Below are positions 37,912-45,581 of a DNA stretch of 64,000 bases, in pieces. Where the stretch lies: NCBI GenBank assembly GCA_963801475.1, contig CAWDEX010000003.1, positions 80,904-144,903 of the forward strand. The letters run 5' to 3'. Position 1 is the stretch's first letter, and the number at the start of each line of letters is the position of its first letter. A program made the position numbers and the translations under genes. Under the pieces are notes generated by a model, which made no database searches, was not told the origin of the DNA, and was given only the letters and a program-made list of their open reading frames with translations. Source of the stretch: an uncultured Acidobacteriota bacterium (GTDB taxonomy: Bacteria; Acidobacteriota; Thermoanaerobaculia; UBA5066).

Positions 37912-39159
37912 ATGCCGAAGAACGCTTCCTATCTCGTCAGCCTCGACATCGGCTCCACCAAGGTCTGCGCCCTCATCGCCGAGCCGCAGACAGGCGGGCG
38001 CGTCGACGTCCTCGGGAAAGGGACGGCGTCGCACAAGGGGGCGCGGCGGGGCGCCATCATCGACGTGCCGGCCACGGTCGACGCCATCAAGCGGGCCACC
38101 GAGGAGGCGGAGATCATGGCGGGAGCGCAGATCGAGCGCGCCATCGTCGGCGTCTCCGGCCCCTCGATCAAGTCGTTCAACAGCCGGCAGGTCGTGGCCG
38201 TCTCCGCGAAGAGCCGGGAGATCTCGCGCGAGGACATCCAGCGCTCCCTCGACGCGGCGCGCTCGGTACCGATCCCGGCGGAGTTCGAGGTGCTTCACGT
38301 CCTCCCGCGCGAGTTCGTCGTGGACGGGCAGGAGGGGGTGGCCGATCCGCTCGGCATGGTCGGGAGCCGGCTGGAAGCCGATGTCCATGTCGTCACCGTC
38401 CCGGTCGCGACGGTCCAGAACCTGCTGAACTGCGTGAACCGCGCGGGGATCGAGGTCATCGAGCTGGTTCTCGAGCCGCTCGCCGCCAGCGAGGCGGTCC
38501 TGACGCCGGACGAGAAGGAGCTGGGGATCGTCCTGGCCGACATCGGCGGAGGGACGACCGAACTCGCCGTCTGGAGCGGCGGGACGCTGGTGCACACCTC
38601 GGTCCTTCCGATCGGCGGGGACCACTTCACCAACGACATCGCCGTCGTCAAGAAGGCGCCGGTCCCGGACGCCGAGCGGCTCAAGCGGAAGTACGGCTCG
38701 GCCCTGCCGGCGCTCGTCCCCGAGGAGGAGACCATCGACATGCCCCAGACCGGCGGACGGGGGGTCCACCCGGTCCGCCGCCGGGAGATCGCGGAGATTC
38801 TGAACGCTCGCGCCGACGAGCTCCTGCAACTCGTCTGGGACGACGCCGTCCGGGAGATTCCCGCCAAGGAGCTGCGGGCCGGCCTCGTCCTGACGGGCGG
38901 CGGCGCCGACCTCGACGGTCTCGTGGAGGTCGCCGAGCAGATCGTCGGCCTCCCGGTCCGACGGGGCATCCCGCAGAACGTCGGAGGCCTGAAGGACATC
39001 GTCTCCGCACCAGAGTGGGCCTGCTCCGTGGGCCTTCTCCTCTACGGGAGCGCTGCCGCCGCGGCGCCGGCGCGGCGCGGAAAGTCGGGACCGGCCGGTC
39101 TCGTCGCGAAACTGAAGAACTCGCTGAAGAACCTCTTCCCCTCCTCGGCCAGCGTGTGA
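37912..39159 (+). CDS. ftsA: cell division protein FtsA
   Basis: 'YLVSLDIGSTKVCALIAE' actin-like phosphate-1 motif, plus 'VLADIGGGTTEL'. There is an RBS GAGGA before ATG 37912. The track ORF starts at an earlier in-frame ATG at 37864. Confidence 0.9.
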   Translation: MPKNASYLVSLDIGSTKVCALIAEPQTGGRVDVLGKGTASHKGARRGAIIDVPATVDAIKRATEEAEIMAGAQIERAIVGVSGPSIKSFNSRQVVAVSAKSREISREDIQRSLDAARSVPIPAEFEVLHVLPREFVVDGQEGVADPLGMVGSRLEADVHVVTVPVATVQNLLNCVNRAGIEVIELVLEPLAASEAVLTPDEKELGIVLADIGGGTTELAVWSGGTLVHTSVLPIGGDHFTNDIAVVKKAPVPDAERLKRKYGSALPALVPEEETIDMPQTGGRGVHPVRRREIAEILNARADELLQLVWDDAVREIPAKELRAGLVLTGGGADLDGLVEVAEQIVGLPVRRGIPQNVGGLKDIVSAPEWACSVGLLLYGSAAAAAPARRGKSGPAGLVAKLKNSLKNLFPSSASV

Positions 39160-39178
39160 TAACAACGGAGGAAATAAG

Positions 39179-40375
39179 ATGATCCTGTTCGACGATCCTG
39201 CGCCCGGGCCGCTTTCCATCACCCTTGGCGAAGAGACCCCCCCGCCGGCCCGGATCCGCGTCATCGGAGTGGGCGGCGGCGGCGGCAACGCCGTCAACCG
39301 GATGATCCAGGCGGGCATTCGCGGCGTGGACTTCATCGCCGCAAACACCGACCTGCAGGTCCTCCGGGTCAACAAGGCGTCGGCCAAGCTTCAGCTCGGG
39401 ATCACCACGGCCCGCGGCATGGGCGCCGGGTCGAACCCCGAGATCGGAAAGAACGCCGCCCTGGAGGACGCCGAGAGGATCTCCCAGATGCTCGCCGGCT
39501 CGGACATGGTCTTCGTGACAGCTGGCATGGGCGGCGGCACCGGTACGGGCGCGGCCCCCGTCATCGCGCGACTGGCCTCCGAGGCGGGGGCCCTGGTCGT
39601 GGCGATCGTCTCCAAGCCCTTCGCCTTCGAAGGGCGCCGCAAGCTCCGCTATGCCGAGGACGGCATCGCCGAGCTTCGCGAGTACGTCGACACGCTCATC
39701 ACGATCCCGAACGAACGGCTCTACGCCTTCGTCGACCGGAACGTGACGACCTGGGAGGCCTTCCGGCAGGCCGACGACGTCCTCCGGCAGGCGGTCCAGG
39801 GAATCAGCGACCTGATCGTCGTCCCGGGCGAGGTGAACCTCGACTTCGCCGACGTCAAGACCGTCATGGAGAACATGGGGATGGCCCTCATGGGGACCGG
39901 GACGGCGTCGGGCGAACACCGCGCGGTGGAGGCGGCGCAGCGCGCCATCTCGAACCCGCTTCTCGAGGAGCAGTCGATCCAGGGAGCGCGCGCCATCCTG
40001 ATCAACATCACGGGGGGCGACGACCTGACGATGTCCGAGGTGGGGGAGGCCTGCAACGTGATCCAGCAGGCGGCCGACGACGAGGCCAACATCATCTTCG
40101 GCCTCGTGAAGGACGCCGAGCTTCGCGACCAGGTGAAGATCAGCGTCATCGCGACGGGCTTCGACGCGCCGGCGGCGCTCGCCTCGCGGCGGGAGGTTTC
40201 GCTTCCGGTGACGCCGCAGGGGACGCGCGGGGAGAAGAGCCGGCCGAAGACGGTCCCCGATGCGGTGATCCCGCCCCCCGAGGACGGCGGCTACGGGGTC
40301 AACCTCCTGACGCAGCGCGACCCGCGCGAGGACATCTTCGACATCCCGACCTTCCTCCGGCGGCAGATGGACTGA
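39179..40375 (+). CDS. ftsZ: cell division GTPase FtsZ
   Basis: 'IRVIGVGGGGGNAVNRM' tubulin signature, 'TAGMGGGTGTGAAPV' and 'NVDFADV'. There is a strong RBS GGAGGAAATAAG before the ATG. Confidence 0.95.
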   Translation: MILFDDPAPGPLSITLGEETPPPARIRVIGVGGGGGNAVNRMIQAGIRGVDFIAANTDLQVLRVNKASAKLQLGITTARGMGAGSNPEIGKNAALEDAERISQMLAGSDMVFVTAGMGGGTGTGAAPVIARLASEAGALVVAIVSKPFAFEGRRKLRYAEDGIAELREYVDTLITIPNERLYAFVDRNVTTWEAFRQADDVLRQAVQGISDLIVVPGEVNLDFADVKTVMENMGMALMGTGTASGEHRAVEAAQRAISNPLLEEQSIQGARAILINITGGDDLTMSEVGEACNVIQQAADDEANIIFGLVKDAELRDQVKISVIATGFDAPAALASRREVSLPVTPQGTRGEKSRPKTVPDAVIPPPEDGGYGVNLLTQRDPREDIFDIPTFLRRQMD

Positions 40376-40430
40376 CCGTCCGGCGGCCGAACCGGCGCGC
40401 GTTGCGGCGCGGCGATTCCGGACCTAAATT

Positions 40431-40457
40431 GGCGGAGGCCCCCCACCGGGGGGGGCG
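40431..40457 (+). terminator. GC hairpin downstream of ftsZ (possible intrinsic terminator without a U-tract)
   Basis: ggcggaGGCCCCCCaccGGGGGGGGcgagg: a C6 run and a G6-8 run that can pair, 55 nt after the ftsZ stop. There is no T-run. Confidence 0.2.
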
Positions 40458-40462
40458 AGGTT

Positions 40463-40846
40463 GTGATGTCCGTTCCTCACCCGCTGGCCCACGGAACGTC
40501 TATGGCGCTTCTCTGGTTCGGAAGGATCCTCGGATTCCTCCTCGTCCTTCTGATTCTCGCCCTCTGGGCCGAAGACGGAGGGCCCGTCCGGCCGGGGATG
40601 ACCGGGCACGAGATCGTGCTGGCGGCCTGCCTCGCCGGGGCGGCGGTCGGGATGCTCCTCGGCTGGCACTGGACGCGGACCGGCGGCGTCGTCAACGTCG
40701 TCGCGGTCGTCTTTTTCCTCTCCGTCGAGTGGGCGGTAACGGGCGGCGCGTCGCGCGCCGTCTGGGTCGTCTTCCTGGCCGTGCCGGGCGTCCTGTACCT
40801 GGCCTCGGCGCTCGTCGTGCGGGAGCCGGAGGCGCATCCGGCCTAG
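40463..40846 (+). CDS. small polytopic membrane protein (4 predicted TM), unknown function
   Basis: 127 aa with four hydrophobic segments (LWFGRILGFLLVLLILAL, IVLAACLAGAAVGMLLGW, VVNVVAVVFFLSV, VVFLAVPGVLYLASALV). Confidence 0.4.
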   Translation: MMSVPHPLAHGTSMALLWFGRILGFLLVLLILALWAEDGGPVRPGMTGHEIVLAACLAGAAVGMLLGWHWTRTGGVVNVVAVVFFLSVEWAVTGGASRAVWVVFLAVPGVLYLASALVVREPEAHPA

Positions 40847-40862
40847 GACTCGCGGCCCCAGG

Positions 40863-41168
40863 TCAGCCGGGAGGCGCCGGCCGGGCGCGGCGCGCCTTCC
40901 GCCGCTCACGGAACCAGACTCGCGCCCGGATCCATGCCCGCTCCACCTTCGGATGGTGTTGCCGCCAGCGCCGGACCTTGCGCTGCACCCAGCGACTCTC
41001 CACGTACAGGATCGCGGCGCCGGCGATGCCGAAGGGCCAGCCCTGGATGATCGGGAGAAGCCCTCCGATGAATCCGAGGACGAGAAGCGTCCAGCCGAGC
41101 GTCAGGAGGGCGATTCGGACGAGGCGCGGGCGGCGCCGGCCGAGCCCGCGCGGCGCCGGCGCCGTCAC
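40863..41168 (-). CDS. PGPGW-domain small membrane protein
   Basis: 'IALLTLGWTLLVLGFIGGLLPIIQGWPFGIAGAAILYVESRWVQR' matches the PGPGW (putative transmembrane) family pattern. A GTG start is inferred; the track ORF extends upstream into the exonuclease gene. Confidence 0.4.
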   Translation of the reverse strand: MTAPAPRGLGRRRPRLVRIALLTLGWTLLVLGFIGGLLPIIQGWPFGIAGAAILYVESRWVQRKVRRWRQHHPKVERAWIRARVWFRERRKARRARPAPPG

Positions 41169-42016
41169 GGCCGTTTCTTCGGGAAAATCCCGAGGCGTGC
41201 GTTCCGCGCGATCTCCTTGGCCGGCTCCGGAAAGTCGCCGCGGATCATCCAGTCGAGATAATCCGGCTTCGTCTCGGCCACGAGGGCGAGGCTCTTTCCC
41301 CGGAGGTTTCCGAAGGCGAAAACGGCCTCGCCGTCCCGCCAGAAGAAGCGCTTGTCGGGATCCACCCATCGCCCCTCCGCGGGCGAGGAGAACTCCTGGA
41401 GTCCGTTGAGCGATCGGGGGAGATCCGGATAGCGGCGGAGCTGGCCCGCGAGCACCTCCGCCGCCGCAACGACGTCGGCGAGAGCCGCGTGGGCTCCGGC
41501 ATGGTCGCGTCCGGCGAAGAGCCGGAGCGCCGCGGCGAGGTCGCGCGGCTCCTTCTTGAAGAAGATCGTCTGCATGTCGACGATCCGCCGCCCCTCGAGC
41601 GGGAAGGGAACGCCGATCCGCTCGAACTCCTTCAGGAGCACGGGGACGTCGAAGGCCCGGACGTTGTAACCCGCGAGGTCGGCGTCGCCGAGGAAGGTGA
41701 GGAGCTCCGGCGCGAGGTCGCGGAACGACGGAGCGTCCTTCACGTCGGTGTCGGAGATTCCGTGGATCGCCGTCGCCTCGCTCGGGATCCTGACGCCGGG
41801 ATTCACGAGCCGGTCGAAGACGCGGGGCGGTCCTTCGGGCGAGACGGCCACGGCGGCGATCTCGACGATCCGGTCGAGCATCTTCTCGGTTCCGGTCGTC
41901 TCGAGGTCGAAAAAGACGATCGGCCGGCCTTCGCAGAGCGGCCGGAGGAGCTCCAGGACCTCGGGCGGCAAGGCGGGGGCGTCGGCCGACGGTCGCACCA
42001 TGCGGCCCGCCGTCAT
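41165..42016 (-). CDS. DnaQ-like (DEDDh) 3'-5' exonuclease domain protein
   Basis: 'IVFFDLETTGTE' Exo I motif, 'AIHGISD' and 'YNVRAFDVPVL' Exo II, and 'HAGAHAALADV' Exo III with His. The start is the ATG at 42016 (MTAGRM). Confidence 0.6.
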   Translation of the reverse strand: MTAGRMVRPSADAPALPPEVLELLRPLCEGRPIVFFDLETTGTEKMLDRIVEIAAVAVSPEGPPRVFDRLVNPGVRIPSEATAIHGISDTDVKDAPSFRDLAPELLTFLGDADLAGYNVRAFDVPVLLKEFERIGVPFPLEGRRIVDMQTIFFKKEPRDLAAALRLFAGRDHAGAHAALADVVAAAEVLAGQLRRYPDLPRSLNGLQEFSSPAEGRWVDPDKRFFWRDGEAVFAFGNLRGKSLALVAETKPDYLDWMIRGDFPEPAKEIARNARLGIFPKKRP

Positions 42017-42285
42017 CCCTTCGAACGGAACCGGAGCGCCGAGAGGATCACGGCGAGGTTCCCCGCGATGTTGGCGCCCATCCCGACGATGAGCGGCCAC
42101 TGGGAGATCTGGATGCCGTACACGAGGTAGATCGCCTGGCCTCCCAGAAAGAGGAGATAGGTGACGATCGAGACGTCGTCGGAGCTTTGGCGCTTCCAGA
42201 TCCGGACGGCCTGGGGGACGTAGGCGCCTCCCGTGGCGATGCCGACCACGGAGACGAGGAGGCCGAGGGCCTGATCGAACGTCAT
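42013..42285 (-). CDS. SemiSWEET / PQ-loop sugar transporter (3-TM)
   Basis: 90 aa with three TM segments and a 'YVPQAVRIWK' PQ-loop motif after TM1. The track ORF 42013-45324 is a spurious antisense extension. Confidence 0.55.
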   Translation of the reverse strand: MTFDQALGLLVSVVGIATGGAYVPQAVRIWKRQSSDDVSIVTYLLFLGGQAIYLVYGIQISQWPLIVGMGANIAGNLAVILSALRFRSKG

Positions 42286-42336
42286 GATGCGAACGGAGGA
42301 TACCCGACGGGGCGGGCCCCCCCGTAGCCTCCGTCC

Positions 42337-42798
42337 ATGAAACAGATCCGCTTCGTTGCCGCGATCGCCCTTGCAGGGGCGCTGGCTCTGCCGCTGGCCG
42401 CCGCCGTCGAGAAGTTCGGAGCGCCGCTCGGGAAATCCGAGACCGTCTCCCTCGCCGACCTCGTCAAGGCCCCGGACACCTGGAAGGGAAGAACCGTCAG
42501 GACGGAAGGGACTGTTTCCGCCGTCTGTCAGGAAAAGGGGTGCTGGATGACCTTGAAGGCCGGCGAGACGACGGTCCGCGTCCGGTTCAAGGACTATGCC
42601 TTCTTCGTTCCGAAAGACGCCACCGGCGCGACCGTCACCCTCGAGGGAACGTTCGAGGTGAAGACCGTTCCCGAGAAGACGGCGAAGCACTATGCGGAAG
42701 AGACGCCCGGCGGGAAGGCCGCCGAGATCAAGGGAGACCAGAAGGAGTACTCGTTCCTGGCGTCCGGCGTCGAACTCGTCCGGGCGGCGAAGCCGTAA
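42337..42798 (+). CDS. secreted DUF4920-like protein
   Basis: It has a signal peptide and a 'CQEKGCWM' motif typical of the DUF4920 family. Family assignment is from memory. Confidence 0.4.
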   Translation: MKQIRFVAAIALAGALALPLAAAVEKFGAPLGKSETVSLADLVKAPDTWKGRTVRTEGTVSAVCQEKGCWMTLKAGETTVRVRFKDYAFFVPKDATGATVTLEGTFEVKTVPEKTAKHYAEETPGGKAAEIKGDQKEYSFLASGVELVRAAKP

Positions 42799-42822
42799 CG
42801 TCCCGCTTCGTATACTCCCGCC

Positions 42823-44319
42823 GTGAAGCTGGGAATCGACTTCGGCACGACGCACACCGTCGTCGCGCTGGTCGACCGGGGGAACTACCCGGTCGTCGCC
42901 TTCGACGGCGTCGAGGCGATTCCCTCGCTGGTGGCGATGCGGCACGAGGACGGCGCCCTCCGGTTCGGCGCCGAGGCGGCCGCCGTCCGCCACCAGCCCC
43001 ACTGGACGACCCTCCGCTCCTTCAAGCGCCTGCTCGACGAGGCGAAGCTCGGAACGGAGGTGGCGATGGGGCCGCGAGGAGTCCCGCTCCTGGACGTTCT
43101 GGTCGGCTTTTTCTCGCAGCTCCACAGGGACCTCGTCGGAGCGTCCAACGCCGGACTCACGGTGGACGAGCCGCTCGAGGCGGCGGTCAGCGTCCCGGCC
43201 AGCGCCTCGACGGCTCAGCGGTTTCTGACGCTCGAGGCGTTCCGCCGGGCGGGGTTCGACGTCAAGGCGCTTCTGAACGAGCCCTCGGCCGCCGGGCTCG
43301 AATACGCCCACCGGTACCGGAGCACGCTGACGGCCCGACGGGAACACATCGTCGTCTACGACCTCGGCGGCGGCACGTTCGACGCCTCCCTCGTGAAGAT
43401 GTCCGGCCGGGCGCACGAGGTCATGGCGACGCGGGGGGCGAAGCGGCTCGGCGGAGACGACTTCGACGAGGCGATCCTCGCGTTCGTCATCGAGAAGTAC
43501 CGAATCGAGAGGTTCACCGACGTTCAGAGGGCCCTCCTCCTCGAGGAGTGCGCCCGGCAGAAGGAGTCGGTCGGGCCGAACACGAAGCGGTTCCTCATCG
43601 ACCTTTCGGCGGTGGGCGGCGAGGCGCTGGCCGTCCCGATGGAGGAGGTCTACCTCGCCTGCGAGCCGCTCGTCCAGGAGACGATCGACGCCGTGGCGCC
43701 GCTCCTCGAGGAACCGGGGGCCGGTGTCTCCTGGGAGGAGGTGGCGGGTCTCTACGTCGTCGGCGGCGGGGGAGCGTTCCCCCTCGTGGCCCGGCGCTTG
43801 AGGGAGCGGTTCGGTGAACGGCGCGTCCGGCGATCGCCGTATCCGTTCGCGGCGACGGCCATCGGCCTCGCGGCGTTCCTCGACGAGGAGACCGGCTGGA
43901 CGCTGACCGAGCGCCTGACGCGGAATTTCGGCGTCTTTCGCGAGGCCGAGCAGGGCGGGACCGTCAGCTTCGACCTGATCTTCCCGGAAGGGACGCCTCT
44001 GCCGAAGACGGGAGAGCCGCCGCTCGTGGCGACCCGCCGGTACGGCGCGGTCCACAACATCGGACACCTGCGGTACCTCGAGTGCAGCCGGGTGACGGGA
44101 GGACGCCCCGACGGCGACGTGACGCCGTGGGAGGAGATCCTCTTCCCGTACGATCCGTCCCTTCGCGACCGGGCCGACCTCGCGAGCCTTCCGGTCGTCC
44201 GGACCGAGCACGGCCCCGAGGTCGAGGAGACGTACGTCTGCGGGCCGGAAGGCGCCGTGACCGTCACCGTCGCCCTCGTCGAGGACGGGTTCCGGAGGAC
44301 GTACTCGCTTCGCCGCTAG
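42823..44319 (+). CDS. Hsp70-family (DnaK-like actin-fold ATPase) protein, orphan
   Basis: 'KLGIDFGTTHTVVALV' phosphate-1 motif, 'VVYDLGGGTFDASLV' phosphate-2 and 'LYVVGGGGAFPLV' adenosine motif. It is short (498 aa), with no canonical substrate-binding or lid region. Confidence 0.7.
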   Translation: MKLGIDFGTTHTVVALVDRGNYPVVAFDGVEAIPSLVAMRHEDGALRFGAEAAAVRHQPHWTTLRSFKRLLDEAKLGTEVAMGPRGVPLLDVLVGFFSQLHRDLVGASNAGLTVDEPLEAAVSVPASASTAQRFLTLEAFRRAGFDVKALLNEPSAAGLEYAHRYRSTLTARREHIVVYDLGGGTFDASLVKMSGRAHEVMATRGAKRLGGDDFDEAILAFVIEKYRIERFTDVQRALLLEECARQKESVGPNTKRFLIDLSAVGGEALAVPMEEVYLACEPLVQETIDAVAPLLEEPGAGVSWEEVAGLYVVGGGGAFPLVARRLRERFGERRVRRSPYPFAATAIGLAAFLDEETGWTLTERLTRNFGVFREAEQGGTVSFDLIFPEGTPLPKTGEPPLVATRRYGAVHNIGHLRYLECSRVTGGRPDGDVTPWEEILFPYDPSLRDRADLASLPVVRTEHGPEVEETYVCGPEGAVTVTVALVEDGFRRTYSLRR

Positions 44320-45581
44320 GACGTCCGGCCGCCGTCGTCCGGACGCCGGCGAGCGACCCACGCCGCGAGCCCGAGCAGCAGAACGAGGGCATAGGTCTTC
44401 GCCGGAAGCAGGAGCGAGAGCGGCCGTCTCACGAGGCCCGCGTACTCCTCCCTCGACTGGAGCGCGAACGCCCAGACGGCAAACGAGGCGCCCAGAAGGG
44501 CCAGGGCCGTGCGCGACGGCGCGCCGTCCTCCGCGCGGAGTGCGGCGTAGAGAGCGACGAAAGCGGGGAGAAGGAAGACTCCGTAGTGTTCCCAGGACTT
44601 CGGAGCCAGGAGGAGGCCAAGGGCGAGGGCCGCGCCGAAGCCGATTCCCGGCCGGACGATTGCCGCGGAAGGCGGACGGAGCGCCGCGAGCGCCAGAAGG
44701 CCCGCGAGCGCGCCGGCGATGATCACGAAGGGGAGGACGAGCGCAGGCGCCGTGACGACCGGCTCGACCCCGCCTCCGGGCGAGAAGAGAGCGAGCGCCG
44801 CCGACGGGAGCGAGTGGTTCCGCCACTCGAACGATCCGAGCGCGTTGTGGCGAGAAATCTGGCCCCACCAGAGCCGCCAGCCGTCGGGGCCGCCCGCCAC
44901 GACGCCGAGAAGCCCGAGCGCCGCGGTGCCCGCCGCGAATCCGGCGAGCGCGCCCCACGCTTTCCGTGCGAGGAAGCCGAGCGCGGGAAGGGCGAGAAAC
45001 GGCTTGGCGAGGGCAGCGGGAGCGAGGAGAAGGCCGGCCGCGAAGGCGCGTCCGTTTCGGAAGAGAAGGAGGGAGCCGGCGACGAGGAGCAGCAGGACGC
45101 CGTTCGCCTGCCCCGTCATGAGCCCGTAGAAGACCGGGAAGAAGAAGGCGGCGGCCGCCAGGGAGGAGAGCGCGAGGTCGCGCTCCTCGGCCGCGTCTCG
45201 CGCCGTCGCCTTCGCCAGGAGGATCAGCGCGAGAACGATCGCGGCAGCCGACAGGAAGAACCAGACGACGCGAGCGACTTCCCACGGCAGGAGGGCGAGC
45301 GGGGCGTACGCCACCGGGACCCACGGCGGGTAGATGAAATTGAGTACCGCGTCCCCCGGCCCCGCCGGCCCGTGGAGCCCGAGCGTGGCGCCGGCTGCCC
45401 CGACGACGGCATCGTCGTAGAAGCGCCGGTCGCCGCCGAGGAGAAGCCTTGCGGCGAGGTACGGCGGGGCGAGATCGAGTCCCTGCTTGGGGTGAAACAA
45501 CGCGCGTCCGGTCTGGATCGCGGCCTCCGTCGCCGCGACGGAGGCCAGGAAGAGGCCGGCGGCGCGGCGGGCGTCAGCCAT
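44316..45581 (-). CDS. polytopic membrane glycosyltransferase-like protein (GT87/DUF2029-like)
   Basis: About 420 aa with at least 10 TM segments. 'FIYPPWVPVAYAPLALLP' and the topology resemble the DUF2029/GT87 mannosyltransferase-like family. The start is the ATG at 45581 (MADARR). Confidence 0.5.
   Translation of the reverse strand: MADARRAAGLFLASVAATEAAIQTGRALFHPKQGLDLAPPYLAARLLLGGDRRFYDDAVVGAAGATLGLHGPAGPGDAVLNFIYPPWVPVAYAPLALLPWEVARVVWFFLSAAAIVLALILLAKATARDAAEERDLALSSLAAAAFFFPVFYGLMTGQANGVLLLLVAGSLLLFRNGRAFAAGLLLAPAALAKPFLALPALGFLARKAWGALAGFAAGTAALGLLGVVAGGPDGWRLWWGQISRHNALGSFEWRNHSLPSAALALFSPGGGVEPVVTAPALVLPFVIIAGALAGLLALAALRPPSAAIVRPGIGFGAALALGLLLAPKSWEHYGVFLLPAFVALYAALRAEDGAPSRTALALLGASFAVWAFALQSREEYAGLVRRPLSLLLPAKTYALVLLLGLAAWVARRRPDDGGRTS

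Noticed and set aside
42013-45324. A 1103-aa minus-strand ORF.
   Set aside because: Only the last 90 codons (the SemiSWEET) are a plausible gene. The rest is antisense to the Hsp70-like and GT87-like genes.
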